Shown here: positions 1 to 8,860 of the stretch, in pieces
Layout: each line of letters starts with the position of its first letter
How positions within the stretch are numbered: position 1 is the stretch's first letter
Assembly (NCBI GenBank): GCA_050012475.1
Contig: JBEKHC010000020.1
Coordinates: 1 to 59,493, forward strand
Source: Candidatus Velthaea sp.
GTDB lineage: Bacteria; Vulcanimicrobiota; Vulcanimicrobiia; Vulcanimicrobiales; Vulcanimicrobiaceae
DNA length: 59,493 nucleotides
Direction: 5' to 3'
Notes under the pieces: generated by a model
Seen by the model: only the letters and a program-made list of their open reading frames with translations
Told to the model about the DNA's origin: nothing
The model's database searches: none
Translations under genes and position numbers: made by a program

Positions 1-996
1 ATCTTGCAGCTCGTGCAGCTTGCGGGTAACCGTGACCCGGTTGCTGCCGATCATGTCGGCCAGGCGCTGATGGGTGAGCGGGATGTCGATGAGGGTCGCG
101 GTGGCTTCTACCTTGCCGAACTGCTTGGCCAATTCGAGCAGGGTCCGATAGAGCCGCACGTTGACGCTGTTGTTGAGCAAATCTTCGATGAGGACTTGGG
201 ATTCGGTGATGCGGCGGGTGAACGCCGCGATCACGTCGATCGCCGCCGCGGGCTGCGCGCCGATGAGGTCGACCAAATCGGTTTCGCTGACGCCCAGCAC
301 CGACGACGCGGTCATGGCCTCGGCGCACAGGCACGAAAGGCTCGCCGATTCCGCGCGCCATTGCAAGAACACGTCGTTCTCGCCCAGGATCGAGAGCGTG
401 ATCGTGCGCCCGTTCGGCAGCAGATTGTACAGCCGCAGCTTGCCGCTCTCGACGAAATAGAAGCGCATCCCCGCGTCGTACAGCGGCAAGATCTCGTCGC
501 CCGGCGGCAGCGTGTAGGTGGTATACCGGCTGCGCTGGCGCAGGAGCGATGCGCGCAGCCGCTCGCGCATCGAGAGCGCAGCCGCGATGTCGGTCTGGGA
601 GTCGGTCTCGAGCTTGTAGCCTTCCGCCACCGCCATTGCGATGATGGAACGCAGATCGCCGATCTCGTTGATGATCGTGATCGGAGGAACTTCGCCGTCG
701 TTGGCTTCGAGCAGCGCGACCTCGATCGTGTTGGTGGCGTAGACGGTGCGCTTGATCGCGTCGGACAGATCGAACCCGTTGCGGCATTGAAACCGGCCCG
801 CTTCACGCGAGTAGTTGAGCAGCTCATCGAAGTCGGCGCTTTCGACCGCGCGCACGATCGCGTCCCAGTACACGAGGTGCTCGCTGACGACTTCGGCGCG
901 CGCCTCGGTGGCAAAATCCGACTCGCTTTTCTCGACCCAGCGGTCGCGATAGACTTCGGTGCTCTTGCGGAGCATGGCGGCTAGTGCGGCGGACAT
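1..996 (-). CDS. Crp/Fnr family transcriptional regulator with extra N-terminal helical domain (runs off window start)
   Basis: Not in ORF track because it lacks a stop in the window. Manual minus-strand translation from ATG 996 (AAGGA upstream): MSAALAAMLRKSTEVYRDRW...FYFVESGKLRLYNLLPNGRTITLSILGENDVF (cNMP-binding-like barrel)...IPLTHQRLADMIGSNRVTVTRKLHELQD (Crp HTH). Confidence 0.85.
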   Translation of the reverse strand, partial: MSAALAAMLRKSTEVYRDRWVEKSESDFATEARAEVVSEHLVYWDAIVRAVESADFDELLNYSREAGRFQCRNGFDLSDAIKRTVYATNTIEVALLEANDGEVPPITIINEIGDLRSIIAMAVAEGYKLETDSQTDIAAALSMRERLRASLLRQRSRYTTYTLPPGDEILPLYDAGMRFYFVESGKLRLYNLLPNGRTITLSILGENDVFLQWRAESASLSCLCAEAMTASSVLGVSETDLVDLIGAQPAAAIDVIAAFTRRITESQVLIEDLLNNSVNVRLYRTLLELAKQFGKVEATATLIDIPLTHQRLADMIGSNRVTVTRKLHELQD

Positions 997-1098
997 ATCC
1001 TTAACATTTTTCCCATGAGGCTCGCCTGCGGCCTTTCATATTACCACCGCCTATCATTTTAGGCTGGACGAGTGACCAAGCGCTTTGAGCTCATTCAA

Positions 1099-1112
1099 CG
1101 AACGTACGTTCG
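1099..1112. promoter_or_regulatory. LexA (SOS/Cheo-type) operator
   Basis: Perfect palindrome CGAACGTACGTTCG matching CGAAC-N4-GTTCG, 26 nt upstream of the Lhr helicase ATG. Confidence 0.75.
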
Positions 1113-1138
1113 AAAATCGGCAGGTGGGCTGCGCGTTG

Positions 1139-3883
1139 ATGGGCAATGCGCCGCTGGCTGTGGATGCTGCGTTCGCGGGGCTTCACCCGAAGGTTGCCGC
1201 CTGGTGCCATGAGCAGCTGGGCGTCCCGACACCGCCGCAGGCCGGCGCGCTGCCGCTCGCCCTGGCCGGCCGCAACCTCTTGATCTGCTCGCCCACCGGA
1301 ACGGGGAAAACCCTGGCGGCGTTTTTGCCCGTCATGTCCGGGCTCGCTCAACGGCGCGACGCGGACGAGCTCTTTGCGCGGCCGTTCTGCCTGTACGTCT
1401 CGCCGCTGCGGGCCCTGGGCTACGACGTCGAGCACAACTTGCGGCGCCCGCTGCGCGAGATGGGCATCCTCGAACGCCCGAACACCGAGCGCGCGGCGAA
1501 GCGTCGCGGCCGCATTCGCGAACGCTACGTCCGCACGGGCGTGCGGACCGGCGATACGCCCGTCGAAGAGCGCCGGCTGATGATGGCGCGGCCGCCGCAC
1601 GTCCTCATCACCACGCCCGAGTCGCTGGCGTTGATGTTGGCGATGGAGTCGTATCGCAAGACGCTAGGCGCGCTCGAAACCGTCGTCATCGACGAGGTGC
1701 ATGCGCTGGCCGGCAATAAGCGCGGGGCTCAGCTTGCGCTGTTGCTCGAATCGCTCGAAATGCTTGCAGCCCGGCCGTTGCGCCGGATCGGCCTATCGGC
1801 GACGGTTGCGCCGCTCGCCGGGGTCGCGGGCTACGTCGCCGGCAGCGGCCGCGATTGCGCCATCGTCGATTGCCGCGGATTGCGCTCGATCAAGCTCGAC
1901 ATTCACGCGCCGTTCAGCGGCGCGATCGCGCCGCTGCCGCGGGCCGCGCGCGCGGCGTTGGAGCTGACGCGCGATGTTCGCACGACGCTGGTCTTCACCA
2001 ACGTACGCAGCCAAGCCGAGCGGGTGGCCCACGAGATGGAAGCCGCGGGCGAGCCGTCCGGCCAGGTCGACGTGATCGAACCGGTGCGTGAACGCCCCGC
2101 CCGCGACCGGCGCATCGGCGTCCATCATTCGGCGTTGGAGAAGAACGTGCGCCATCGGGTCGAGTCGCAGTTGCGCGACGGAACGCTGCGCACCGTCGTG
2201 TGTTCGAGTTCGCTCGAATTGGGTGTCGACATCGGCTTCATCGACCGCGTGCTGATTTTGGGCGGCGCGCGCGGCATGACGTCGACGCTGCAGCGCGTCG
2301 GACGCGCGGGACATCGCCCCGGTGCGATCGCGACGGGCACCGTCATCGCGCAGGATCGCGACGACATCGTCGAAGCCGCCGCGACGCGCCGCTGCATCGC
2401 CGACGGCCGCATCGAAGAACTCGCGCCGGCGGAAAAGCCGCTCGACGTGCTCGCGCAGTGGCTGGTCGGCAGCGTGACGCCGGATCGCCGGCTGCCGATC
2501 GCCGACGCGCTCGCCGCCGCGCGCCGGGCCTATCCGTTCCGCGATGTGTCCGCGGCCGAACTGCGCAGCTGCGTGGAGTATTTGTCGGGCGGCGGTGCGG
2601 GGCCGGACGAAGCGCACGTGCGCCGGATCGGCGCCGACGCCGAGGCGATCTACGGTTTGGGCCGCGAAGCCTCGGCGGCCTTTTTCGAGAACGTCGGGAC
2701 GATCCCGGACGAACGTACGGTGAGCGTCGCCGGCAAAGGCGGCGCGAAGATCGGCCGGCTCGACGAAGGATTTGCTGCGGGGCTCAAACTGGGCGACGTC
2801 TTTCTCCTCGACGGCCGGACGCTGCGCGTGCACGAGGTCACCCCCGGCGGCTTACGCGTCGAACCGTTTGCCGGCCGGCCCAACGTTCCGCAGTGGTCGT
2901 CGCACATGAAAGGCGTGCCGTTGGCGCTGGCGCGCGAAATCGGCGAACTGCGGCGGGGTGTTGCGGCAGCGCTCGCCGACGGCGGTCCGCAGCCGGCGCT
3001 GGCCTATCTGCGGACGCGCTACGCGCTCAACGGCGTCGAGGCGGCCCATGTCGTGCGGTATATCGCGCAGCAGCTGGCCTTGTCGGACGTGCCCGACGAT
3101 CGGCGGCCGGTGATCGAAATTTACCGCATGGACAAGCGTCAAACGGCGGTCTTTCACACCTGCGCGGGGCGCCGCGTCAACGAGACGCTCTCGCGGATCG
3201 TCGGGGCGCGGATCGCGGCGCGCTTCAAGTGCAACGCGCAACTCACCAACGACGACAACGGTTTTCTCGTCGCGCTTCCGCCGCGCGTGACGATCCCCGA
3301 TGCGGTGTGGGCAGCGCTGCTGTACACCGCGGATTTCGAGCGCGACTTGCTCGCGGGGCTGCGCGGATCGAGCCTGCTGCGCCAGCATTTCCGCTATGTC
3401 GCCAACACCGGTTTGCTGGTCTTGCGGCGCGCGGGCGGCCGGACGTTGCGCGGCGGCGGCAACTGGAACGCGCAAAAGATCTTCGACCGGCTGTTCGAAG
3501 CGGATCGAAACTTTCCGCTCATCCGCGAAACGATCCGGGTCGTCACGCGCGAGCTGCTCGATGCGCCGGCGGCGCTGCGCTATCTCGAGGAATTGCGGGC
3601 GGAGCCGCGGGTGCTTCATCCCGCGGCGGCAACGCCGTTTACGTTCGGCATCGTCACCTCGAGCTTCGGCGACTCCGTCGTCATGGACGACCGCGCGGGC
3701 ATGGTCGAAGCGCTCCACGAGCGCGTCCTCGCCGTGCTGGGAGCGACTCCGGATGAGGAACTCGCGTTGCTGGCGCAAACCGCAACTGCGGCCTCCGGCG
3801 GCGAACCGGCCTCGCCGGTCGCGCCCCGGCCGTTGGTGCTCGACGAACATGGCCAGCCGCTGCTCGTGCGGGTCGAAGCGTGA
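1139..3883 (+). CDS. lhr: Lhr-core DEXH-box helicase (ligase-associated DNA damage response)
   Basis: Motifs SPTGTGKT, YVSPLRAL, RTGDT, DEVH, LSAT, QRVGRAGHR, PLDVLAQ. Start taken at ATG 1139, downstream of the LexA box; the track's TTG at 1085 lies upstream of it. Confidence 0.9.
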   Translation: MGNAPLAVDAAFAGLHPKVAAWCHEQLGVPTPPQAGALPLALAGRNLLICSPTGTGKTLAAFLPVMSGLAQRRDADELFARPFCLYVSPLRALGYDVEHNLRRPLREMGILERPNTERAAKRRGRIRERYVRTGVRTGDTPVEERRLMMARPPHVLITTPESLALMLAMESYRKTLGALETVVIDEVHALAGNKRGAQLALLLESLEMLAARPLRRIGLSATVAPLAGVAGYVAGSGRDCAIVDCRGLRSIKLDIHAPFSGAIAPLPRAARAALELTRDVRTTLVFTNVRSQAERVAHEMEAAGEPSGQVDVIEPVRERPARDRRIGVHHSALEKNVRHRVESQLRDGTLRTVVCSSSLELGVDIGFIDRVLILGGARGMTSTLQRVGRAGHRPGAIATGTVIAQDRDDIVEAAATRRCIADGRIEELAPAEKPLDVLAQWLVGSVTPDRRLPIADALAAARRAYPFRDVSAAELRSCVEYLSGGGAGPDEAHVRRIGADAEAIYGLGREASAAFFENVGTIPDERTVSVAGKGGAKIGRLDEGFAAGLKLGDVFLLDGRTLRVHEVTPGGLRVEPFAGRPNVPQWSSHMKGVPLALAREIGELRRGVAAALADGGPQPALAYLRTRYALNGVEAAHVVRYIAQQLALSDVPDDRRPVIEIYRMDKRQTAVFHTCAGRRVNETLSRIVGARIAARFKCNAQLTNDDNGFLVALPPRVTIPDAVWAALLYTADFERDLLAGLRGSSLLRQHFRYVANTGLLVLRRAGGRTLRGGGNWNAQKIFDRLFEADRNFPLIRETIRVVTRELLDAPAALRYLEELRAEPRVLHPAAATPFTFGIVTSSFGDSVVMDDRAGMVEALHERVLAVLGATPDEELALLAQTATAASGGEPASPVAPRPLVLDEHGQPLLVRVEA

Positions 3884-4650
3884 CCCGCAAGCCAGCGCCG
3901 ACGGCAGCGACGTATCCGCTCGCGGACGGCGTGGTCGCGCTCCCGGCGGGCTTCGCGCTGCTGGCGCGCTCGCAGGTACTGCTCGTCGCCGACGCCCACT
4001 TCGGCTACGAAGACGTGATGGGCGGCGGCGCCGCGCTCCCGCTCTGGAGCACTGCGGAGATGGCGGCGTCGATCGCGATCGCAGCGCAGCGCTGCGGCGC
4101 GCGCGAGATCGTCTTCTTGGGCGACGTTCTGCACGGGTCGGCCATGAGCGCGGGCGCGGCCGGCGTCGTCACCGGGGCGTTGCGGGAATTACGGTCGGTG
4201 GCTGCGTTGACGTTCGTTGCCGGCAATCATGAAGGGCGCTCGCGCGGCACGGCGATCTTGGGCCCGACCGTGGAATCGTGCCAGCGGGACGGCTGGCTGC
4301 TGGCCCACGGCGATAAGCCCGGAACGCGCGGAGCGCGTTCGATCATCGGACACTTCCACCCGAGTTTACATTTGGGCGGCGGCGCGTCGGTCCCGGCGTT
4401 CCTAGCCGGCGAAACGATCGTCGTGGTGCCGGCGCTTACGCCGTACTCGCGCGGCTTCGACGTGCTGTCCGACGAGTGCATCGCCGCGCTCGCGCCATGG
4501 AACGTCCGGCGCTCGGATCTGCACGTCGTCGCGGCCACGAGCGAGCACGTCCTGCCGTTCGGCACACTGTCAGCATTGTGCTCGACCCTGCGCCGGCCGG
4601 CGCTCCGCTCCGGGCCGGGATATAAGCGCCGCCGGCTCGAGCCGAACTAG
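3880..4650 (+). CDS. Metallophosphoesterase (MPE/PdeM-like endonuclease partner of Lhr)
   Basis: Calcineurin-like motifs DAH, GDVLH, GNHE, HGD, GHFHP; GTGA overlap with the lhr stop. Confidence 0.85.
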   Translation: MTRKPAPTAATYPLADGVVALPAGFALLARSQVLLVADAHFGYEDVMGGGAALPLWSTAEMAASIAIAAQRCGAREIVFLGDVLHGSAMSAGAAGVVTGALRELRSVAALTFVAGNHEGRSRGTAILGPTVESCQRDGWLLAHGDKPGTRGARSIIGHFHPSLHLGGGASVPAFLAGETIVVVPALTPYSRGFDVLSDECIAALAPWNVRRSDLHVVAATSEHVLPFGTLSALCSTLRRPALRSGPGYKRRRLEPN

Positions 4651-4746
4651 ATGCTCTGATCTCGCCCTGGACGTCGTCGCTACGCGGCTCATTTGCTGAA
4701 GCAAACTTCGCCGCTGTGCTCCTCGCCAGGACGAAATCAAAGAATC
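4650..4746. repeat. Palindromic dispersed repeat, family A copy 1 (REP/MITE-like)
   Basis: GATGCTCTGATCTCGCCCTGG...GGCTCATTTGCTGAAGCAAACTTCGCC...CCAGGACGAAATCAAAGAATC between convergent stops; near-identical to 5961-6065 and 48685-48770. Confidence 0.9.
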
Positions 4747-4754
4747 CTTAACCG

Positions 4755-5312
4755 CTACAGGAGCGCTAAATAGTCGAGGGCCGCGTAGATGCTCGCGACG
4801 TGCGAACCGGTATGGATGCGGCCGTCGCGCAGCATGGCCCGCAGTTCGCCCAGCGCGACGAGTTCCACTGCGATGTCTTCGGTAAGGTCGAAGGTTTGAG
4901 TGGCACGCAACTCGGCGTGCCGAACCATGAACAGGTGAAACGATCCGTTGGAATTGGTCGGGTCGGCTAGGTACGTTCGTACCAACTGCGGCGGGTCGCC
5001 GACATAGCCCGTTTCCTCGGCCAACTCGCGTTGCGCGCACTCGGCCGCGGTTTCGCCTTCATCGATGGCGCCGGCCGGGAGTTCGAGGAGCATCTGCGCG
5101 GCGCCATGTTTGTACTGACGGACCAAAATCACTTGTTCGTCCGGCGTGAGCGCGAAGATGATCGTGAACCCGAGCGACTCGCGAACGTAGTAGTTATCGA
5201 TGATGCTGCCGTCGGGCAGCTCGATCACGTCGCTGCGAAGCCGGAGGAAGGGCGTTGCGATCGGGTACGATGACGACAGAACGCGCCATCCTGTCCCTTG
5301 CTGTTCATCCAT
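4755..5312 (-). CDS. NUDIX hydrolase (ADP-ribose pyrophosphatase-like)
   Basis: Nudix box ELPAGAIDEGETAAECAQRELAEETGY; LVRQYKH; start at MDEQQ. Confidence 0.9.
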   Translation of the reverse strand: MDEQQGTGWRVLSSSYPIATPFLRLRSDVIELPDGSIIDNYYVRESLGFTIIFALTPDEQVILVRQYKHGAAQMLLELPAGAIDEGETAAECAQRELAEETGYVGDPPQLVRTYLADPTNSNGSFHLFMVRHAELRATQTFDLTEDIAVELVALGELRAMLRDGRIHTGSHVASIYAALDYLALL

Positions 5313-5370
5313 CGGATGGGAATACGACGTCGGAACGCGGAATAATGCGCGATTGCGCGCGACTTCCGAT

Positions 5371-5709
5371 TTGGAGAGACGGAACATCGAAGCGATAAGA
5401 ATCGGGCAGCACTACGACACGACGTACGGCACGCTTTGGAAAGACGGTACGTACTTCCCGCGCGGGACCGAAGTGTTCGTCGTCGGGCTTCACATCGAGC
5501 AGGGCTACTGCGTCCGTTTCCCGGCCGAGGTCGACGGCGAGCCGCTCGAAACGTGGGAAGAGTGGGACGAAGTCGACTTCCTGGCCGCACAGGGTTCGGT
5601 CGACCGGACCGTCACCTTGCCGGCGAGCGTGCTCGCCGAGGCTCGCGAAGTCCTCGATGAAGCCGAAGACGGCTGCCATCTGCACCTGCACGAAACGGAC
5701 GAAGATTAA
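5371..5709 (+). CDS. Small acidic hypothetical protein
   Basis: Coding-like codon usage from TTG 5371; ends GCHLHLHETDED. Start uncertain. Confidence 0.6.
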   Translation: MERRNIEAIRIGQHYDTTYGTLWKDGTYFPRGTEVFVVGLHIEQGYCVRFPAEVDGEPLETWEEWDEVDFLAAQGSVDRTVTLPASVLAEAREVLDEAEDGCHLHLHETDED

Positions 5710-5717
5710 GGGGTCCG

Positions 5718-5963
5718 ATGCCGCCGGCGCAAAATCTGCTCGTAATGGCGGCGTCGTTTCTGGTCGCCGGTGCGCTGCTGCCGTGGAGTCCGCGGATTCG
5801 GCTGGCATGCGTGACCGGTGCGATCGGCATCGTGCTCGTGTTGCTGCTCATCCGGCTGCGCGCCCATTCGGGGCCTGCGCAGCGTATGGTCGATCGTCAG
5901 ACCCAAGCCCGCATCGAGCGCATCCGCGCCGAGCGGGCCGCCCGCATGAACCGCCGCCGGTAG
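5718..5963 (+). CDS. Small membrane protein (two TM segments, basic tail)
   Basis: 81 aa ORF right after the previous stop with AAGGGG RBS; two hydrophobic stretches. Confidence 0.6.
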   Translation: MPPAQNLLVMAASFLVAGALLPWSPRIRLACVTGAIGIVLVLLLIRLRAHSGPAQRMVDRQTQARIERIRAERAARMNRRR

Positions 5964-6065
5964 TGATGCACTGATTCCGCCCTGGACTTCGTCGCTACGC
6001 GGCTCATTTGCTGAAGCAAACTTCGCCGCTATGCTCCTCGCCAGGACGAAATCAGAGCATCACTA
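5961..6065. repeat. Palindromic dispersed repeat, family A copy 2
   Basis: TAGTGATGCACTGATT...AATCAGAGCATCACTA termini, same 27-nt core as copy 1; between convergent stops. Confidence 0.9.
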
Positions 6066-6077
6066 GCCACCGTATTT

Positions 6078-7748
6078 TTAGCGCGCGACGCCTTCGCGTT
6101 CGAGCATCTCGGCGTAGATCTGTTCGACGCGCTCGAGCGTGTCGATGTCGGCCGGACGTTTGTCGGGGCGCAGCCGGACGATGCGCGGAAACCGCAGCGC
6201 GAAGCCCGATTCGTGTAAATTGCTGACCTGGATGATGTCGAACGCGATCTCGATGACGATCTGCGGTTCGACGGTCAGCGCATAGCCGCGCTTTCCGGTT
6301 TGATGGGCGAGAAACCATGGTGTGAGTTCGGCGATCTCGACGTCGGTGAGACCTGAATACGCCTTGCCGATCGTTAACAGTCGTCCGCCGGCGCCGCGGA
6401 CGGCAAAGGTGTAGTCGGACAGGACCTGCGCGCGTTTGCCGTGTCCCCATTCGACCGCGACGACGACGACGTCGAGCGTCGAGAGTTCGCGTTTGAGTTT
6501 GAGCCACCATTTGCCGCGCCGGCCCGGCGCGTACGGCGCGTCGGTTCGCTTGAAAACGAGCCCTTCGTTCCCGTCGGACCGCGCGATCTCGAATCGCTCG
6601 TGAACGGCCTCGGGCGTGCTGCCGCTCTCGAGTGCCGTCCACGGCGCGGCGACGATCGGTTCGCGGATGCCGGCGAGGACCTCCGCGAGCGCGCCGCGGC
6701 GCTCTTCGAGCGTGCGATCGAGCAAGACGTCGTCGTTGCGCGCGAGCACGTCGAACGCAATGAAGCGCACGGGGATTTCGGCTTGCAGATCGGCGGCGAC
6801 GACTTTGCGCTGCAGGCGGGCCTGCAGATAGCGAAACGGCAACACCCGGCCGTCACGCTGCGCCACGATCTCGCCGTCGAGGATGCACGCTGCGGTCAGC
6901 TCGCGCAATGCCGCGGCGATTTCGGGAAACGCGGTTGCGACATCGTTGAGCGTGCGCGAGAACAGCGACACGCGCTGCGCCGTGACGTGAGCCTGGATGC
7001 GGACGCCGTCGTATTTGTCTTCAACGAGCCAGGTGCCGGCGGCCAGATCCTTATAGGCCGAGCCGTAAGGGATCGGCGAGGCCAGCATGAATGCGAGCGG
7101 CGCGTGATAAGCCAGCGCGACGTCGGCGAGCGTGTCGTGTTTGGCCGCCAGGGCGACGGCGCCCAAGTCCCCCGCGGCGGCGGCTGCGCGCCGGACCGCG
7201 AGCGTGTCGCGCTCGAACGCCGCGGCAACCGCGTCGACGACGAGCCCTTCGCGCAAGCCGATGCGCAAGTCGCCGGTCATGATCTTGATGACGTAGGTCG
7301 CTTCGGCCGTCTCTGTGCACGCGCTCAGAATCCGTTCGCACAATACTTGGCGTTTGCGCCCGGCCGATTTCCCGCTGGCATCGGCGATGTGGTCGAGCAG
7401 GGATTTCAAGCGCGCGGGCGTCAGCGTTTCGCGGAAAAGTCCCAAGTCCGCGGCCGGCCGCACCAGCGGCCCGAGCGCCGCGCCCAGGTCGCCCGTCGCA
7501 CGATAGCCGGCGCTCAATTCCGCATCGCCGATCCCCCATGCCGCGCGCGCCGCGGCGACGATCGTGCGGCCGCCGACGGCCAGCGTTCGTTCCTCGCGTT
7601 GGGCGAACGGGTTGCCGGTGAAAAAGAGCGTCGCGGCGGCCAGATCATCGTCGGCGAGCGTTCGCAGATACGCCGCCATGAGAGCGATTTTGTCGTTCTT
7701 GCCCGGAACATTGGCGATTGCTTGGGCCGCCGCAGCGAAGGCCTTCAT
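6078..7748 (-). CDS. ATP-dependent DNA ligase (LigB/LigI type)
   Basis: Motif I EDKYDGVR, LDGEIV, AFDVL, EGLVFK, WLKLK, ALRFPRIVRLRPDK; start MKAFAAAA. Confidence 0.93.
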   Translation of the reverse strand: MKAFAAAAQAIANVPGKNDKIALMAAYLRTLADDDLAAATLFFTGNPFAQREERTLAVGGRTIVAAARAAWGIGDAELSAGYRATGDLGAALGPLVRPAADLGLFRETLTPARLKSLLDHIADASGKSAGRKRQVLCERILSACTETAEATYVIKIMTGDLRIGLREGLVVDAVAAAFERDTLAVRRAAAAAGDLGAVALAAKHDTLADVALAYHAPLAFMLASPIPYGSAYKDLAAGTWLVEDKYDGVRIQAHVTAQRVSLFSRTLNDVATAFPEIAAALRELTAACILDGEIVAQRDGRVLPFRYLQARLQRKVVAADLQAEIPVRFIAFDVLARNDDVLLDRTLEERRGALAEVLAGIREPIVAAPWTALESGSTPEAVHERFEIARSDGNEGLVFKRTDAPYAPGRRGKWWLKLKRELSTLDVVVVAVEWGHGKRAQVLSDYTFAVRGAGGRLLTIGKAYSGLTDVEIAELTPWFLAHQTGKRGYALTVEPQIVIEIAFDIIQVSNLHESGFALRFPRIVRLRPDKRPADIDTLERVEQIYAEMLEREGVAR

Positions 7749-7865
7749 CGCTAAGCCTTTCCACGCAACGGAGCGCGAGGGTTGACGGCGGCGCGGCGCG
7801 ACTCCCGCCACCGCCAGCCGAGCGCGAGCGAAGGGACCGGCGAGCCCCGGCGGGTAGCGACCGGA

Positions 7866-8144
7866 GTGATTACCGCTCTCGTCCTCATGAACGTCGAACC
7901 CGGCCGCGTCAAGACGTTGGCCCAGGATCTGCTCGCGATCGACGGTGTCACCGAGGTGTACAGCGTCGCCGGTCCATACGATCTCGTCGCCGTGGCCCGC
8001 GTGCGCCGGCACGAGCAGCTCAGCGACCTCGTCACGGATCTCATTGGATCACGCGAAGGCGTCATCAGCACGGAGACGCTTATCGCCTTCCGCGCATTTA
8101 CCAAACGCGATCTCGACTTGGTTTGGGACATCGGCGTCGATTAG
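7866..8144 (+). CDS. Lrp/AsnC ligand-binding (RAM) domain-only protein
   Basis: MITALVLMNVEPG...VTEVYSVAGPYDLVAV...STETLIAF; no HTH; GTG start. Confidence 0.85.
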   Translation: MITALVLMNVEPGRVKTLAQDLLAIDGVTEVYSVAGPYDLVAVARVRRHEQLSDLVTDLIGSREGVISTETLIAFRAFTKRDLDLVWDIGVD

Positions 8145-8164
8145 CCGCGGGGCGCGGCGCTCGA

Positions 8165-8560
8165 TCAAAGCAGCATCGTCGGCACGTCGTAAAGCGAGAT
8201 CACCCGATCGCTCGTTACGATCGTCATTCCGCCGAGTTTCGCTTGGGAAATCAGCAGCCGATCGAAGGGGTCCGCATGATGTTTCGCAAGCGTTGATACT
8301 CCGTACGTGTGTTCTAGGCTCACCGGAAGCGGCGTAAACCGCGCGCGTCGTATGCTGATTGGGAGATAGACACCGGGATCCTGACCATCGGGCAAACTGA
8401 GCTTTCCGCCGGCTACTTTGATGCTCACCTCCCACGTCGACACCGCCGATACGAAAACGTCATTACGTGGGTCGACGATCTGGGCTCGATGACGCGGTTT
8501 GATCTTCTTCGATTGACCGAAGAGCCAGAGCATCGCCTGAGTGTCGAGTAAGAATCTCAC
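8165..8560 (-). CDS. vapC: PIN-domain toxin, VapC family
   Basis: LLDTQ, SAVSTWE, HADPFDRLLISQA, VTSD; GTGA overlap with the antitoxin stop. Confidence 0.9.
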   Translation of the reverse strand: MRFLLDTQAMLWLFGQSKKIKPRHRAQIVDPRNDVFVSAVSTWEVSIKVAGGKLSLPDGQDPGVYLPISIRRARFTPLPVSLEHTYGVSTLAKHHADPFDRLLISQAKLGGMTIVTSDRVISLYDVPTMLL

Positions 8561-8790
8561 GAACCGCCGAAGGCTTCCAGAACATCCGCGGGCAGCTCGT
8601 TGAAATCGTCGGCGATCCAAATCTTGCCGTCATCGAAGCCGATTTCGCGCGGTTGCGCCTCATCGACGAAGGGCACGATCCGAGCAACGGGTTTGCCTTT
8701 TTTTGTGACGATAATCGACTGGCCGCCTTCGACGGCGACGATGATTTCCGAAAAGTGCGACTTTGCCTCGAACAGGCCAACGGCTTTCAT
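8557..8790 (-). CDS. Phd/YefM family antitoxin
   Basis: MKAVGLFEAKSHFSEII...IIVTKKGKPVARIVP...IWIADDFNELP; TATACT 6 nt before ATG suggests a leaderless mRNA. Confidence 0.88.
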   Translation of the reverse strand: MKAVGLFEAKSHFSEIIVAVEGGQSIIVTKKGKPVARIVPFVDEAQPREIGFDDGKIWIADDFNELPADVLEAFGGS

Positions 8791-8860
8791 CTGACTAGTA
8801 TACAGCCTAGTTCGATGAACGACAAGCCACGGCTCGACGCGCTCAGGCACCCATAGGCCA

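Noticed and set aside
4..984. 326-aa plus-strand ORF, and other long antisense ORFs such as 17370-19487, 41519-43126 and 2200-3756
   Set aside because: Shadow or alternative frames of real genes, typical of high-GC DNA, with no family motifs.
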